NCBI RefSeq assembly: GCF_036321535.1
Contig: NC_087436.1
Coordinates: 92,630,001-92,694,000 of the forward strand
Length of the DNA stretch: 64,000 nucleotides
Direction: 5' to 3'
Source of the DNA: Camelus dromedarius
Taxonomy: Eukaryota
Notes under the pieces: model-generated
Seen by the model: the letters and a program-made list of their open reading frames with translations, nothing else
Databases searched by the model: none
Told to the model about the DNA's origin: nothing
In this document: positions 35,369 to 49,250 of the stretch, piece by piece
How the letters are laid out: each line of letters begins with the position of its first letter
Position numbering within the stretch: position 1 is the first letter of the stretch
Program-made: the position numbers and the translations under genes

Positions 35369-36199
35369 GTTTATATAATTATGACCCAGCATCACACATT
35401 GCAACTAGGTGCCAGGGGTCAGGCTGTGGATGCACAGAGTTGGATGAAGGCTGAAGAAATAACAGATGTCTTGCTATAAGCAGTTTATCTTACCAATTTA
35501 AGTACGAAAACATAGATGCGGATTGAGATGCTTCCTTAAGGAGTTAGGTTCTTTTGAAAAGTCTCACAAAACAGCTCCTTTTTTTTTTTTCCTAGTCCCT
35601 GTACTCCTTTGGAAACAAACTAGAATTTTATAATTAAGTAATCTTGAATTTCAAACAACTTTAAACTACAGACAAAATAACTATGCTTGATTATACAAGA
35701 AATGCTCGATATTATCACCTTGTATTGCAGTCAACTCTGCCTGGCAGCTACAATTACATGGGCTCTTACATTGATGCTGTTTGGGTGAGTTCTACACCTA
35801 GAGGCACCCACGCAACTCCCACACAGCCATGGCCAGACACAGCTGGTGCCAGCCGGGGCACAGCTTCCTGAGTCACTGCGGCGTTCCTCCAGCCTGTGCC
35901 CTCTCCTGTCATCGTATGGTCTGGTCGATGCACTTGCTCAGAAACCATCATGGAATATCCCCTCTCTGCCAGCTGGGGATTCAGAGGTCAACAGGACAGA
36001 TGGGGCCGCTGCTACATGCTTACAATCTAGTGATGAATACACGCATTAAATAAGAAATTTAAAGTGAAAGGAGCAAATAAATAAGTACAGTGCTGTAGGA
36101 ACACCTGTCCAGCATCCTAACTTAATGGGAGTCCTGGAAGTCTTCTCTAAGAAGTGCTGTCGAATCTACAAGAACTGTAAGCAAGCCTGTTCAGTGAAG

Positions 36200-36380
36200 A
36201 TCTTGGCAGCCTCGGTCTCTCGTTAGAATCACCTGGGAGAGCTGGTTTAAAATCCTGCTGCCCAGCCTATACAGCAGATCACTTAAACAGAACCTCAGGG
36301 CTGGGACAAGGCAACAGGATATATTTTTGAGCTTCTCGGGTGACTCCAGGAAACACCCAAAGTTGACAACCAGACTAGAG
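36200..36380. mobile_element. MER5A-like MITE
   Basis: 'ttagaatcacctgggagagctggtttaaaatcctgctgcccag...aagttgacaacc'. Confidence 0.65.
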
Positions 36381-36987
36381 CCATCTTTTCCTGGAGGAGT
36401 GTTCCTCTGCCAAGCTAGAGCAAATCCTTCCTAACCCGTCCTCGACATCGCATCCCCTCCCACTTTCCCAGGAAATCTAGCCACGATCTCTTGTCTCCTC
36501 CTTACTTAACTTAACCCTCACTATTCCAGTCACTGTTTAGTCATGTTCAGCCTCACCTGTATTTTTTTAATTCCCTTATGCTGCCCACCCACTTCAGCTA
36601 CTTCAGCTACCAGCCTCTCCTCCTCTTTGCCGCCAAACTTCCTCAAAAAAGGGTCCACAGTGTTTCTCTGTTCCCACCCACCCCTCAGAGAACACAGACT
36701 TGATGTCAGCCTCCAGGTCTTGCTAAGACTATCGATAGCCTCCTTGCTGCTACACACAATGAATCTTCCCAGTCCTCATCCCACACGACCTCTCAGCAGC
36801 ATTTTCTGTAAAAGTCTGCTCCCAACTCCCCACCCTCCTGAAACAGTCTCTCCCCTCGGAATTTCCTGGGGTTTTAGGCTGGAGCTTTTTCTCATCTCAC
36901 CCTCTTCTATTCTTTCTGAAGGTGAACTCATCTCCCCAGTGGCAGCCGAGTACCACCCCTGTGTTGCTGAACGTTTAAAGCTCTAGA

Positions 36988-37130
36988 CTAGTGTTTATCA
37001 AATTGCAGTCAGCACAGAGCCTAACTCCAGACCCACCACAGCAGAACCTCTGGGGGCAGGACCCAGGAGTCTGCATTTTTAACAAGCTCCTTCAGAAGAT
37101 TCTTCTGCACAGTCAAGTCTGAGACTCAGA
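36988..37130. mobile_element. MER5A-like MITE
   Basis: 'agaacctctgggggcaggacccaggagtctgcatttttaacaagctcc...gcacagtcaagtctgagac'. Confidence 0.65.
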
Positions 37131-37160
37131 GTTCCAGACCCGTGTGTCCAACTGCTTATA

Positions 37161-37199
37161 GGATATTTCTGACTTGGATGTTTCTGACTTGGATGTTTC
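37161..37199. repeat. 15-bp tandem repeat (GGATRTTTCTGACTT), about 2.6 copies
   Basis: Directly visible. Confidence 0.85.
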
Positions 37200-37239
37200 A
37201 GGGGGTACCTCAAGTGCATCAACTGCGTGATGTGCCTTC

Positions 37240-37635
37240 TTAACGTCCACGGATGTCTAGCTGTCCTCGTTCCTGGGCACACAGAAGACAATGCCTCACA
37301 GCCCTCTTCACAGTTAGGGAAAGTCATGTGACCAGCTCTGTGCAGTGGACCAGAAAGAGTGAACACAAATGAATGTGTCACTTCCAGGCTGAGGCAGTGA
37401 GTCCGCTGCCGTGGCATTCCAGAAGTCACCTGGAAATCTGGAAGTCGTGGGGAGGCCACAGAGCCCCGAGATAAAAGTGACCGGCTTTCCTTCACAGCCT
37501 GGAGGGTTGCTGCTCAGAGGACTGCCAAGTGCACGACAGACACTGTGTGAGCAAGAACTAAAACTCTGTTGGGGTAGGTCACTGTGATGCTGTAATTAAT
37601 TTATTCCAAGAGCAAACCTTAGCTCACCCGACATG
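37240..37635 (+). mobile_element. Old MLT1 (MLT1I/J-like) LTR
   Basis: 'cacagttagggaaagtcatgtgaccagctctg', 'tgtgtcacttccaggctgaggcagtgag', 'gacactgtgtgagcaagaactaaaactctgtt'. Confidence 0.6.
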
Positions 37636-39219
37636 GAAGTTATCTGTCTCTCTGCCTCCTCCCACTTCCCACCTGCTCCTCTTGCTAGTGTTCCCTCTCC
37701 ACGTAACTGAGGAGGCTAGAAACCTAACGTTAGTGGTGAGTAGATATTCTCACGTATTTTTCATGTTTTCTTAGAGAGGAGTAGTCATGCCCGCTACACT
37801 CCAGGAGGGAGCGAACTGGAGAGCTCTTTGACTCAGTTTCTCGACCATCCCCCAGTAGGTAGATGGGAAGAATGAGTCACTCACCTAATTAGTGAGATTC
37901 ATTGAACCACGTTTCCTGTCATTTATTTTACATGTCCTGATACTGTATTTAAATCCTAATCGAGTCCTCAGGTCTAAGCTCTGTTGATATAGGACTGAGA
38001 GGGAAGGAAAGAAGAGCTGATGGCATCCTTAAATCTAAAATACAGAGACCACCGCTGTCTTGTTTTCCTCTGTATTCCCAGCACGTGGCATATGGAAGAC
38101 ATAAATACTTGTTGATTCATCGACCAACTTCATTTAATTGCTATTTGCTGAGATGCTAGAATTTCCATGACAGTTGGGCTGTTTGGGAGAAAACAGCACA
38201 GGACTGTCCTGTAACAGCCGGGTCATCTGGGCCCCGTGCTTCCTTCGCCACCAGTGCTTCTCCACACTCAGCTCATACGGAACTTTTCAGGCACAAGGGA
38301 AGTAGAACATGGCTTGTAATAATCCTTCCTTTTCCCCATTTCCTTTTTTCACTTTTTCAGGCTGGTTTTCCTCGCATGGGTGGCTAAGGACACAACCTGC
38401 TCCTGTCTTTGTCTTACGTCTGTCTCCTCCCTCCGGGGCTTACAAGAATTTCCAAGAAGTGTCTGTGGACTGGCTCTACCACCAACTGCCTCCCATCACA
38501 GCACCCTAGTCAATATAAACGGAGGATCTGAGGAGTGAGGAGGTGGCATCAAGGGGAGGGAAATGTTTGAGATTGTTCCCTCCACTCGTCCTAATAGGGA
38601 CCTCAAGAGACTCACTGGTTGAGAAAACGGTTCCTGAAGGGAGAGGAGACCAGCCTTTCATTTCCATTAGATGACTGCTTAGCTAGGAGACTTGTGATTT
38701 GTCCCCAGTGCTTGTGACTGTGAAAAAGGAAAATTACAGAAGTGCAACATGGAAAGACAGGCATGAGACTACCAGGGGGAGGAAGCCAGGACCACCCCTT
38801 TGAGCTCCTGGGGGAGGAGGTATGGGAGGCAGATCTTCCACTGCTGAAGAGTCAGCTGTGGTAGCAGAGACTGGCGACTGTCACAGCATGAAGGACAGCG
38901 AGGTGCATACATCAGAGAAATGCCATGGAATGTCACCATCCAGGGGTCTGCGGTAAGATGCAGCTGTATCTCAAAAGGATTTGCTAATGCTTAGGGAACT
39001 GCTTGGCCAGTGGACAAGGACAAGTGACCCCCATCCATACCACTCCTACACGGATACCGAGCAAGAAGAACACTCACGGCCAACCAAGGGGAGGGTGGAA
39101 CTTGCCCAGGCGGGCAGGGAGGTGTTTGCCCTTTTCCCCTCTTTGCCCTGAGCATCTTGGAGCGGTGCGTTCTTAGAAGGAGGAGGAGATGGCCAAGAGC
39201 AAGACCAGCTCCTCTCCAT

Positions 39220-39350
39220 AAACACACACACACCCCGACACACAGTTACAAATGCTTACCACACCCATACACACTCACACCTCTACACACACACACACTT
39301 ATACACACTCACACAGTTTTACACACTCGAGCACACAATTACACACATAC
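39220..39350. repeat. CA-rich low-complexity tract
   Basis: Degenerate (CA)n runs. Confidence 0.8.
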
Positions 39351-42300
39351 ATCCTTACCTACATTCCAAGCCCCCAGCCAGGGCTCAAGGCCACACTGGA
39401 GAGAAGGGAGGGCATAAGACCTGAATCACATGCAAGAGTGGATTTTTTTAAATGAAGAGCCTTGAGTTTTGAATAATACAATAGGAACTGCTCTAGTAAT
39501 CAAAAGTGACTGATAAATTATGGAATCAGGCTCAGAAGTCCCAGGAGAGACACTACTGAACAGGAAAAGGATGCTCCACATACACAGTTGAGAGCATCCA
39601 GAGAGCCAAGTTTAGAGAGAACTGAATAACTGAACTGATATCATTGAATCCATGGGCACCACAGCTGTGTGGGAACAGAGAGGCTCATCTTTCGGTGATG
39701 TTAGGAGCCAACAGTTCAATCATCCAACAGGTATTTAGTAGGTACTATCGTAGGACATGGTTCACTGTAGATGCAGAGGATTAGGACCTGGTCCCTATCT
39801 ACAAGGAGCCCAAAGGAGACTGTTCAAGCTTTGGGCAGGGACTTAAGTCACTCCTCAAACCTCACCTGAAGTGAGCAGTCCAGCATTGGAGGTTTAATCT
39901 CCGAACTGTCCAATCACCTTGAATCTTTCCAGAATTCTAAGATCACTTCCTGCTCTAAATTATTTGATGCTACACACATTTCAGGAACAACAGTGAAGCC
40001 AAAGAACTTTTCCAACTATATTCTCTGCATTGTGAATTGCAACTTCTTTGCAGCCTGGCAAGGTTTTCTTTTCCCCTGCTTTGTTTCTCTTCCTTCTGTC
40101 TGTCTGGTAGAGACAAATGGGACAGGCATCAGGATGGGACAGAAGAAAAGACGAATATCTGGATATACATTTTAAGTTCCACTTAAAAAAAAATCCGGGA
40201 TTGAGATCTCCACTCTACCTGCCAGCAGTTTGAAATTATTCATGTAAACATGCTAATGATTTTCTGGTGGAATTTGCCCACGGGAACCTGACAGAATCCA
40301 AGTAAAAGCCAATTTTCAGTAAACCAATGACTTTTCATGCTATCAAATTTCAACCATTTTTAACCTAACCAAGAGGCATCCATAACCCACATTTGAAATC
40401 ACTGAAGTTAATTCCATGATCCTCATTAGAATCTTGATAAATTAGCAACTCTAGTCTGAGATTTGGGCTCCTCTGTGACAAGTGATTTTTAACGGCATGT
40501 CCCATAGTCAGTGCAGTAGAGATATAACAGCTTTGCCTTGGAAAGTAAAGATATAAAAGTGCTTTTTAAGCTGTCAAACCCCAAAACCCAGAGTCTGCCC
40601 ACTAAAGCAACAAAGTTGGTTGACAATCTAAGATGTAAATAAGAGGATATGGAACTATATGCTAGTTTAAGTGGCAATACATCACCTAAAGCAGGAAGAG
40701 AATGGACATCTATATTGCTTGTATATATTAACTTAAATAAAAGAGATACCTGGCATCAAGTAAAAGTTTACTGACGTTAGATGTAACCAATTTTCTTTTC
40801 TGTCTAGTTATGATTTGTTCTAAGCCAAATAATGGAAAACAGAGGGAAATGTTATCCACAATTTTAAACCGAAGTCCTTTGGGAAGAGCTGTAAATGTGA
40901 CATTTGCAGTAGTCACATTATCCAAAGGTTACGTGTGAGACTGAAGTTTTAAAAGGAAGAGAACAGACAACCAAAATATTTTATTTTAGTTCTCTGTGGA
41001 GATTGTTTAATAACCACCAGGAAGGGTGAAAGGAGGTGGCATTATCTGCTGCCACAAGGATTCAGGTCAGCACACAGGGAAAGATGCAGTGAAGGGAGTA
41101 ACAGTTGATCGGACCTGGGTTCAAAACCAACCCTAACTTCCCACTTATGCAGCTTGAGGAAGTCTGAGCCTCAGTGCTCCTATCTGTAAAGTGAACAGTC
41201 CAGCCATTAAGGGGATTAAATGAGGTGATGAAAGCAAATATTTAGAAAAAATATGCTTTGTACACAGAAGGTGCTCAATAAATGTTAGCTGTTACTATTA
41301 TAAAAGTTATTGAGCAAATGATGCCAAAAAACCTCCTGCTCCCCCTGCTCCTTTCTCTACTGATGAAGCAGTGTTGCAGCAATCTATTCTTCTAAACCAA
41401 ATGGAAACCAGAGAATTCTAAACTTCTAAAAACAAAATTGTTTGAAATATAAGCCCCTTCAAGATAAATAATAAGACTTCAAGAAGCAGCTCATCGTCCA
41501 AAGGAGGCTCAGGAATCTCCCAGACGCCACTCTGGAAGCCACTCTGTGACAGAGACACTCAGTGGTGCATTGTAGGGGAGCATGGTCAGGACATGCTCCA
41601 CCCCTCACAGGTAGTGGACGTAAGTGGTAAATGCCCAGACCCTACGGCCCAGGCCCCAAAACCCAGACCTGGGAGGCAAGGCTTGCTGAGTGGCAGGATT
41701 ACAGCCCTAGGAGGTAGCATAAGTTGTTTCTGGGCATAAAAGGCAACAGGCCCACAGTTCTTTGTTCTCGGAGTGACCTGGGGTCATCTCCACACAGGAT
41801 GCCAAGGCCACCAAACTGAAGTGGTCCTCTAAGAGAAAAACAGGAGAGCCAGAAAGAAGCCATTTCCTCTCACCCTGGCCAAGAGTAAAGCCTTTAGATT
41901 GCTCTTTAATAGGTTTGATTATAAGTCAGAATATAAGCAACCTTGAACTAAGCCCAAGCCATCCTTTTCAGCCATCCTTACACCTGGTCAGGCCTAGCCC
42001 ACATATGTGCCACTCCTCCCCCTCCCTTTCCCAGGGCAGACATTGCTAATGGATCACAGCACTCTTTCTGGCTGAGTATGAATGCACCTTCATCATTCTT
42101 CTCAACACTGTACTTCAGGCAGCCGTTGCCACCCAACTAGAGTTAGCGAGTAAGTTGAACCCAACCTGCCAACCCTGACTGAGACTGAATTTTATGCAGA
42201 AGACAGAAATTCTAAATAACTCCAAATTAAAAAAATTAGGGAACCAAAGTCAGTTTGTGCTGCCACTATTTTTCAAACCAGAGAGGGCAAACAGTAAAGA

Positions 42301-44660
42301 ATATTGCTGTGAACTGGCTATCTCCCTTTAGATTTTTTTTGTTTTCATGGCTTTCCAATCTTACGTCTATTTTAAAGTTTCCCCTCCATTTCCATGGTGT
42401 TTCTGACTCATTCCATTCTCGTATCCTCTTAAATGTGGTGACCACTCAGTGGCTAGATCTTGCCTCCCCATCTAAGAAGCACTTCTCCATTTCAGACCTT
42501 TCAACACTTAATTCCCTCTCAGTGTCACTATCAATAGAGCTATGAGTGAGCTCAACCTTTCCCTGGAAGTGGTGATTTAATGTGTGAATTATATGGTTAT
42601 TAGGATGGGTGTCAGGGAAACAGTGTAATATATGTAACATGGAGGCTGATGGGGCTGGAGGAGCTGAAATGTTCTGGATGATTTCTGGCTCTTCTTCTAA
42701 TGCTATGTCAATTATTCTTATGACCAATCATTCAAAGCTGTCTATTACCTGCTAATAATAATAATAATATTTTTCACTTAATGCTGCACCTTTCACCAGA
42801 GGATTTCAAAGAGATTTGCAAACATTCATTAGCACTTTATGAAGTGGGCAGGTAATATATAAATACCAAGTCACATGTCCCTGAATACCAGCCACTAATA
42901 GTTCCCTTGACACCACATTCAGGTTAGGGCAGAAACCAAAAAAGACCATATAAATGAAAAGCCAGGTGTCATCATTATCGGCATTTACTGGGCATCCACA
43001 GACTTCTAGCAGAGATGAGCCCCATTTTCTCGTCTCTTAGTGCGGCAGGAAAGGTGATCTGTTTCCCTCCTCTTGCCATCCCTCCTTATACACACAAACA
43101 CCTCTTCTTGAGACACAGGACGGACCGATGTACAGACAATCCAGATCCTGGATACTTTCAGCCTCATGACTCTTAGAATCCCTGACAAGAAGAAACATCT
43201 TGACAGGGGAAAGTTCTGACTATCCTGAAGATGCTCCTTACACCAGACCCTAAGTACCTTCAACCCTAACCTCGGGACAAAGTGGAACGAGTGAAATGCA
43301 CACCAGAAGCTGTCAGCCCCTGGGTTAGGGGGTTAGAACAAAGAGTCTGGGTGCGAGCACTGACCACCTGAGAAGCAAGCACAGGAGGTGGCCCTAAGAG
43401 CCAAGGTTGCAGATATCCCAGCAACTGTCCATTCTAATTCTCCCAAGCAGTGAAAAGAAGGGACTTGAGAGGTACAAGACTAAAAGCAGTGGACTGTTTC
43501 CACCCCTGCCTAAGTATGTGCCTTTGGACAATTTACTTCATCTCTTGGTTAATCTGTTTACCAATCTATAGAAAAGAAACAATAATACTGCTGACATCAT
43601 AAGATTGTCATGAGGAATAAATAAGATTGTATATGTGAAATGTCACAAAGAAAGTATTAAACTCCATCTTCCCTTCCTGAAAAGGCAGTTCCATCTACGA
43701 TTCCCTCTCCTTTTCCCAGTCTCTCTCTCTCTCTTTCTTTGTCCCCAGCCCCCAACCTTTTCCTCTTCAAAAAATTGAGAGACACACAGTGAACCTTTCT
43801 TTCCCCAAGACCTAATCCCATGACAAAGTTCCATTATACCTTGGCCAGGTAAAATCCCATTAGCTTTTAAACAAAGGAACAAATCTCTCACTAGTTATAT
43901 TAAGAGGCATCAAGAGAAGTGAATTCCTAATAACAAATCTGCATACATCATTTCTTATTTCTACACACAAGCACATATGCAGTGATCCTTGACATGTCTT
44001 CCTTAAGAAAAATGGTTTTAATATTGATACTTTCTCTTCTGACTTCAAGCAAGAAGTACTGCATAAAAGGCAGCTAAGGGGTTTCAGGTGCCACATGCAG
44101 AGGGTTAACACGGTGAGTTAAGTCCTTCCCAGGGAACCCCTACCCTCAAGTTTCCACATTCCTATTAAAGCGCCTCCTGGTGCTTTCTCATCAAGAATCT
44201 CAATCCATCTTCTGGGAAACCCCAGCCTCTCCTCTTGGAGATTGGCCTTAATCCCAAACCAATCCCCTCCCACACCCTGATCCAAGGTATATCTCTCCAA
44301 GTCTGAGGAGTTAAGTGCACAGCAACACTTTGACCGGGGCTTCAGCAGGAGGGCTGGAAGAGGCAGGCTTCCATCTGCCCAGCACCACCCAGAATCCAGA
44401 GGACACAAATATGCCAAAGTGGGCTGTCCATTCATAATCTCCTTCCCCATCAGTGTGAACTGAGGCACATCTATTTATTCCCCCAATTTTACAGCTAATA
44501 ATTCTTGGGCTACACAGGCATGCCCCAAAGACAAAAAATCCTCATTCATTTATCTGTTCATTCATTCTATAAATATTTACTGGGCACTTATAGTGGCAGG
44601 AACTCTCCTGGACTTTGGGGACAGCTGCCCTCTCATGACACTTACATTCTAGCAAAGGCA

Positions 44661-45136
44661 CGTACTGGATACTGGCTGTCTCCTGTTTGCCCCGCCAGAT
44701 CCTCTCTCCTCTATTTGCAAGCCTACTCTGTATCGTGGAGATTGACCTTTATGGATTGCATCAACTGGCAGCCTCTCCCTTTGGTTTCTGGTTAGGTTTG
44801 GCCGATGAGGACCCCAGCAGGAGACTGGGTGGAAGCAGCAGAGTGAGGTCTGAATGTCTACTCCCCCGGACAGCCTCCCTGTTGGGCCACAGTCCTGACA
44901 GATGGCCTCTCCTATAAACTATTGTTAACCTCTCCAGCTTCAAGTAGCTGCTCCCTGCCGCCGCCCCATTCAGGGCTAGAGATGGTAACAGCTCCCTGCT
45001 GTTGCTACAAGGAGCACCACCATCGCTTGCTGGTTTCCTTTTACCCCCTGAAATCTTTGTAAAGGATCCCTTTATTAATTTCCCTTCCACTATTTCATCT
45101 GAGTGGGAAGTTTTCTGCTGGGACCTCACTGATGCA
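44661..45136 (+). mobile_element. ERVL LTR, LTR33-like, inserted in an L2
   Basis: 'gtttgccccgccagatcc', 'ttgacctttatggattgcatcaac', 'ttcagggctagagatggtaacagctccctgctgttgcta', end 'ctgctgggacctcactgatgca'. Confidence 0.75.
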
Positions 45137-45199
45137 GGGAAATAACTGCAATGATCCCAGATACTGCTTATAAAACCTAGACAATTGCCCTTGGGGCAG

Positions 45200-45900
45200 G
45201 AATTATACAGTGTGGTCAGGAAGGGCTCTTACACTAGTAACCTGTCTAGTGAAGGGAGCCCCACAATGATCTGGGGCAGAGCCTCCCAGACAAAGGGAAA
45301 AGCAAGCGCAAAAGACCTGAAGCAGGAAATATGCTCCGAATATTTAAAGAAGGAAAAAGAGGTTACTGTAGTGAAGGAAGAGGCTTGTGAGCCTTGATGA
45401 GATGAGAAGCAGGTAACAGCCAGACCAGGTGCAGCCCTGGTCGTGGTGAGCAGTTGAGATTTCACAAGAAAGACATTAAAGGGGTTTGAGCAGGAGGGTA
45501 GCATGATCAGATTTATGTCTTTGAAAGAATCCCCTCTGGCTGATGTGTGAGAATAGATTCTTGGGGATGAGGGAGGCAGAGGGACGATCAGCTGGAGTCT
45601 GGCAGCAGTCCAGAGGGGACGTGATGGTGACCTGGAGTAGGGTGATGGTGGTGGAGATGGACAGTGAACAGCGTCGGGACAGAATACATTTTGGAGGAAA
45701 AACTCACAGGACTTACCAGTGATGAGATATGAGGAATGAGGAAAAAAAGAGGAACCAAGGATGACTGGGAGGTCTGGGACTTGAGCTGCTGCGTACATGA
45801 TGGTGCCGCTTACAGAGACAGTGAAGACTGGGGGCCTGGGAGTGGGGACAGCTTAGACGAGGCATGCAAATGGAGATGTCATCAGGCTCAGAGATATGAC
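45200..45900 (-). mobile_element. L2 fragment
   Basis: 'ggggtttgagcaggagggtagcatgatcagatttatgtctttgaaagaatcccctctggctg', 'gcagtccagaggggacgtgatggtgacctgga', 'ccaaggatgactgggaggtctgggacttgagc'. Confidence 0.75.
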
Positions 45901-46169
45901 TGTGGGCCTCATCAGGATAGAGAAAGGGCTTTAATACAGGCTGGGCAGGCCTGACCGAGGGAAGGGATGTAGTCCCTCATCACCACCTAAACTTGGACAG
46001 ATGAAGAGAAATCATTTTCCCACTGCTCAGAAATTTCAAGGTGCCGCTCTCTTAACAGAGTCCATGTGCCACATTAATATGTGGAACAATGTTTAGTTTT
46101 TTTCCTTCATTTTCCATTTCCAAACTGTGTATCTTTGGACCCACAGAAAATAAAAAAGAGGCCTAGCTC

Positions 46170-46428
46170 TGAGCCATATATTTTTTTAAGAAATTTTTTA
46201 TTGAAGTGTAGTCGGTTTACAATTTTGTGTTAATTTCTGGTATACAGCACAATGATTCAGTTATGTGTATATATATATTCCTTTTCATATTCTCTTTCAT
46301 CATAAGCTATTACAAGGTATTGAATATAGTCCCCTGTGCTATACAATAGGGCCTTGTCGTTTATCTGTTTTATGTATAGTAGTATGCATCTGCTAATCCT
46401 GAACTCCCACTTTGAGCCACATGTTTTT
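46170..46428 (-). mobile_element. Young L1 3'UTR fragment with TSD
   Basis: T-tail plus 'ttattgaagtgtagtcggtttacaat...gtcccctgtgctatacaatagggccttg'; TSD tgagccatatattttt / tgagccacatgttttt. Confidence 0.85.
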
Positions 46429-48629
46429 AATAGATGTTCCCTTAGAAATGCAAAGTCTTGAGCTCACAGGGGTGACATGATTAATTTTTTTTCCGTGGAC
46501 CCTCTCTCTCCTCAGTTTCTGTCTGGAGGAAAGGGAAAGGTATTCAGGTATTCAACAAACATTTACTGATCACCTAACATGGGCCAGCATCCAAGTGCTG
46601 AGGGTATACCAGACAAGAAGACAAAGATATCTCTGCCCCCACAGAACCTCCTCCTAGAGGGGGACAGACAGAAAATAAACAATAAACATGATTTTTAAGA
46701 TCAGATGGTACAATGTCTTAGAAACTAGGAAGAGCTACAGAAAAACTAGAGCATAACAGGGGGCATTCAGAGCATGGAGGTGGATTCTGATTTTAAATGG
46801 GGCGGTCAGCGTAGGTTTCATTGGGCAGGTGACATCAGAGCAAGGACTTGGAGGTGAGGAAATAGCTTAGCAGATCAGGAGATAATGTTCCAGGCAGAGG
46901 GAACAGTAAGTCAGGAAGGAGGCTGGGGTGTTGGAGGAACAGCAGGGAGGCCTGTAAATAGCTGTGCTATCACGCCCTCCTTCCCGGCACCCACGGAGCA
47001 TCCTTTGTCCTTCAAAGCCCAGTTTAAATCCTACCAACTCCATGAAGCTCTCCGCAATTCACACTAATCTTCTCCTCTCTGGACGACCCCAGTACCCGCG
47101 ACTGAGGACACATAGCTTAGACGTTGCTTTCAAATGGCTTTATTAATTTTGCCTCCCCAACCAAACACTAAAGTTTTCTGAACTCAGGGGGCCATTCTTT
47201 GTACTTCTTTGTGTCATCTGTGGCACTGGACAGGTTAATAATAAATATGTGATTGATTTATTAACTAAATGAGCAATTCTTAAATCATTTATAACTGACT
47301 TCAAAATGCAGGCACACAAATATGCATACACATATGCCTGGAATCTCCCCCCATCTTGTACTGACCCTGTTCCAGGACCTGGCTTTAATGTCAAAAGATT
47401 GGGACCAAGATGGATGGGAAGGACAGAAGGGTGAGGAAGCTTCACGTGATGATGACTTGTCTGAAAGATGGATGACAGACACTTGAGAATAGATTTTTAA
47501 AACAGTACAGGGCAAGAAACAGATAACTCTGGTGCCCTGGGGAAGACAGTGGACAGTAGAGGGAAAAGGTGAAAAAGTATTTTTGTAAATTTTGTAACTT
47601 TAAAACTTTTAACCATGTGAACATGTTGTCTGTTCAAGGAAAAGAAAAACAGTTCAGGAGAGACCGTCTTAGTAATGGTCTAACTATGGTGGCAAAGCTG
47701 ACTAATCTCTCTCTCTTCAGTGGGTTTTCCAAAGTTGAAGAGGACAGTGGACATCCTGGTAATTACGGCATCAGTTAGAAAGAGGTGACTTCACTTCATA
47801 TTTTCCATCCCACCTGGTGCAACCCGAGAAGTAAATGTGGGCAACGTTCTAAGAACACTTTTCCTTCCACCCCGGTGTTCTCACCCTAAACCATAGACAA
47901 GTCTTCATCTCAGGTCCTTGAAGGGGCGCTGGGGAGCACACCCGCACCTTCTCTCCTCTGTCACTGGCTCCTCAGGACAGTCATGGGCCACCTTTTCCAG
48001 GAGCCAGGCCATCCCCAGAGTGGGGGCCAGCTTTGGCCCACCCTTCTCGCCTGTGCTTGTCCTCTCAGATCTGCGTGTGCAACAAGATGGAGAGCGGCTT
48101 CCTCTCCCAACCAGGAAGCAGATGAATCGAGCCTGCATCTGGCAGGCCCGGCCGCTTCTCAACCTTCCCAGCATGGGCTGAGCGTGACCATGTCAGGACT
48201 GGGATAGTACCAAAGCTTCTGCTTTGGGGAGGGAGGTGGAGGCCTGCCCACATCCATTGGCTTTACTAGTAATAAAGTTGGTCAGCATTTTGGTCCTTGC
48301 GTTAAGAACCGATAGAAGGGGAAGGGTGATTAATTAGCATCCTCTCAGACTTCCAACACAGTTGAATTCTCCTGATAACAAGGCATCTGAGCGAAGTCCC
48401 TAAGATATTTAAACATTCAAACACATCAGCATTATTTCTAGTGATAAAGCCTAGAATGATGAATCTACAACCATTTTTCCAAGAAACAGTGGCAAGTCTT
48501 ATGGCCCTAATGTTTCATATAACAAGATTCTCAAGGAGATTTTTCCAACTAAGAAATACTCCAGAGTCTTCATTTTAACAAATAAGAAGTAAAACTATTG
48601 AAATTATATTTTAATGCTGATGAAAATTC

Positions 48630-49250
48630 TCAAACTGACATTGCATATCCCCTGTGATGAGGCACTGGCAAGAACACAGCACCTTTTCAGTGGTATTCCT
48701 GAAAAAATGGAACAGATCATAAAAAAACACTCACACAAACCCAAATCGGGGCACATTTTACACAATGAGGGGCCAGTACTCTTCCAAAATGTCAATGTCA
48801 GGAAATACAAAGAAAGTCCAAGGAATGTTGCAGGTTAAAAGAGGCTACAAAACATGACACCTAAATATAATGTGTGACCCGGGAGTGGAAAACACAATTG
48901 CTAGAAAAGAGACTTTCAGGACAATTGGCAAAATTTGAATCTGGACTGTAATAACAGATAATAAATAGCCTTGGATCAATGTGAAATTCCCTAGATTTGA
49001 CAAGTTCATGATTTGATGCACTTAATGTTCTTTAGGAAATATTCACTGCCACCATTTGTGATCTCTGCAATTTACTCTCAAATAAAATATATTACGTATC
49101 ATATATCACATAGCTATGCATAGACATAGCAAATGTGGGAAAACAGTAACAACAGACTGACCCAGGCGAAGGTAAGTGGCAACTCACTGCATCACTCTTG
49201 AACTTTTCAGTAGACGAAGCTTTTCAAATTAAAAGGTGAACCAAAACTTT
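48630..49250 (+). mobile_element. Old L1 3' region (L1MC4/5-like)
   Basis: 'cacaaacccaaatcggggcacattttacac...ctcttccaaaatgtcaatgtcaggaaatacaaagaaag...aggttaaaagaggcta'. Confidence 0.6.

Noticed and set aside
45229..45798. 189-aa ORF
   Set aside because: Lies within a decayed L2; a chance or residual TE frame, not a host gene.
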